A stretch of 55,037 nt of DNA from a virus (Duplodnaviria > Caudoviricetes): IMG/VR virus record IMGVR_UViG_3300032309_001623, positions 1-55,037 of that record; one strand, 5' to 3'. Below, in pieces: positions 54,601-55,037 of this stretch (positions are counted from its first letter, which is position 1; each line of letters opens with the position of its first letter). Position numbers and translations under genes: made by a program. The notes below the pieces were generated by a model. The model saw only the letters and a list, made by a program, of their open reading frames with translations, did not search any database and was not told where the DNA came from.

Positions 54601-55037
54601 ATGGTGTGTATGTAACTGGTGGCAATACTACTTGGGGCTACCCTTATATTAGTGCGCTAAAGGTGGGTGCACTATCCGCAATCACCACAAATACTGGTCA
54701 ACTAACCATTTCTAATGGCACAGGAACTGGGTATATTAAAGGTGGGGAAGCAACAGATCTTACTACGGGTAAAGGTTTTTATGTTGACAACGATGGAAAC
54801 CTACGAGTAGGTACTCCTGGAGCCGCTCAACTAAAATTTGACAGCGGCGGCTTAACTATTAGTAATGCTCAAGGCAGTAATATTTTTACAGTTGTTAGCG
54901 GTGCCCAGGACGCAGCTGCAGAATCTGCACGACTTGCAGGTTTAGCTGAAGGTAATGCAACTACAGCCGCTAATTCAGCAGCTGCAGCTGTTGCTGTTGC
55001 AGGAAGTGTTACTTGGCTTGGCGATAGTCAAATTACA
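51630..55037 (+). CDS. Tail fibre/central tail protein, truncated by the window end (>1136 aa)
   Basis: ATG at 51630 (MQTPINSRDLALQ); same frame at the window end; Thr/Gly-rich, two ~750-bp internal repeats, SALKVGALSAI motif. Confidence 0.75.
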   Translation, partial: MQTPINSRDLALQNTSPRVLGINTNYVNLTCPTQQFKYGTDNAPQPALAVVTASLVGSLTGTVVFVTTGLTPVPTASGNTITINPEHMTGDVVTINASLVYQGATYQAVPITISKIFNQLVAKTTRAIDLLPAYTDGSGYTLPAADNFIELYNGVVKLDSNVVYGPATQTKGGLTAAVNASTGQITLTQASSNTWTSNSESFTFTATRGGISYNTTYTITKAKQGSGGQQLAEAYLYQWLSTEPVTPTGTSTYTWATQSHVYSNTDLWRTIVSVNPGGGAKLWKITKAVTAEASLTVTQASFTWAGGTVRQISTEANELIKTALLKIYKVDVGLPVPPIGSSDYAWATKAIQAKPNLPGQPGNPVIPIGWSLTEPEVNPGFTLWQASVSIIDSQGSSLTSVDWTTASITAISSSGRTGVSAITAVLTNDTHAIPTDYTGETINLSNSGTDLFIYEGATALVYDGVGDTAGKFKVTAAVDGVTVGTPAVVTVDGVTGVRYPDLATADFAKSGTGSVTFTVTGIRNIASGQTAGASFSYTVKQSFTKTPGGNPSVVHWITSSVSAIKSTTPVSGAAAFTPASITFTNKKSVGNITTDYTGYVKFYRNGTEVTLNPNNITSYTYTVEAGTTSVKYELYSEATFASGSLLDSETVPVVADGPKGDKGVTGTASITAVLTNDTHAIPTDSLDTENTRVLTNSGTDLFIYEGATGLAYTTGALGPGTFNVAATATGVTAGATSTVTINSAGTVVANGTAGGIIGVRFADLATAAFATSTTGKIIFTVTGQRLDATAFTYTVQQSFSKTPSGVAGQPGPAYWLISSSSVIQRTTPVTGNPAFNPTTITFTAKKSVGTTVSDYAGFLKFYRNNVNVPFVPPLSANTSSYTYTIEAGTTSVKVELYSEAAFTNLLDSETVPVVADGGKGDIGVTGNSARRAYVVATGTPAGTPATFTATGDKLPLTDDTPPVSVWFAGKTWLSAAPSTALAAGETLYQSDGVYVTGGNTTWGYPYISALKVGALSAITTNTGQLTISNGTGTGYIKGGEATDLTTGKGFYVDNDGNLRVGTPGAAQLKFDSGGLTISNAQGSNIFTVVSGAQDAAAESARLAGLAEGNATTAANSAAAAVAVAGSVTWLGDSQIT

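Overview
The window is a lytic, T5-like (Demerecviridae-type) siphophage genome segment. The host is probably a Betaproteobacterium, an inference from the tmRNA tag and GAAAG/AGGA ribosome-binding sites. 1-13.6 kb (minus strand): 21 tRNA genes, a circularly permuted two-piece tmRNA (tag ANDSQFALAA) next to a ClpP-like gene, several unannotated long-stem RNAs, small ORFs, UvsE, and a receptor-binding/tail-fibre cassette. 13.7-22 kb (plus strand): early genes, including SleB hydrolase, a metallophosphoesterase, ThyX, a MazG-like protein and many hypotheticals. 22-29.1 kb: a pre-early/terminal-repeat-like region. It holds three of the four T5 A2-like paralogues, two promoter-driven non-coding RNAs (one of about 800 nt containing a hammerhead ribozyme), an array of gene-less consensus sigma70 promoters, and a dense cluster of host-regulator sites (sigma54 x3, Fur box). 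29.2-55 kb (plus strand): TerS, a four-gene metabolic insert (PRTase-like, PlcP/LpxH2-like, GT2, class II aldolase), TerL, Dps, HNH nickase, portal, a protease-capsid fusion, head/tail completion proteins, tail tube, frameshifted chaperones, tape measure, tail tip and a truncated fibre. All calls were made by eye from motifs and gene order; no searches or folding programs were run.
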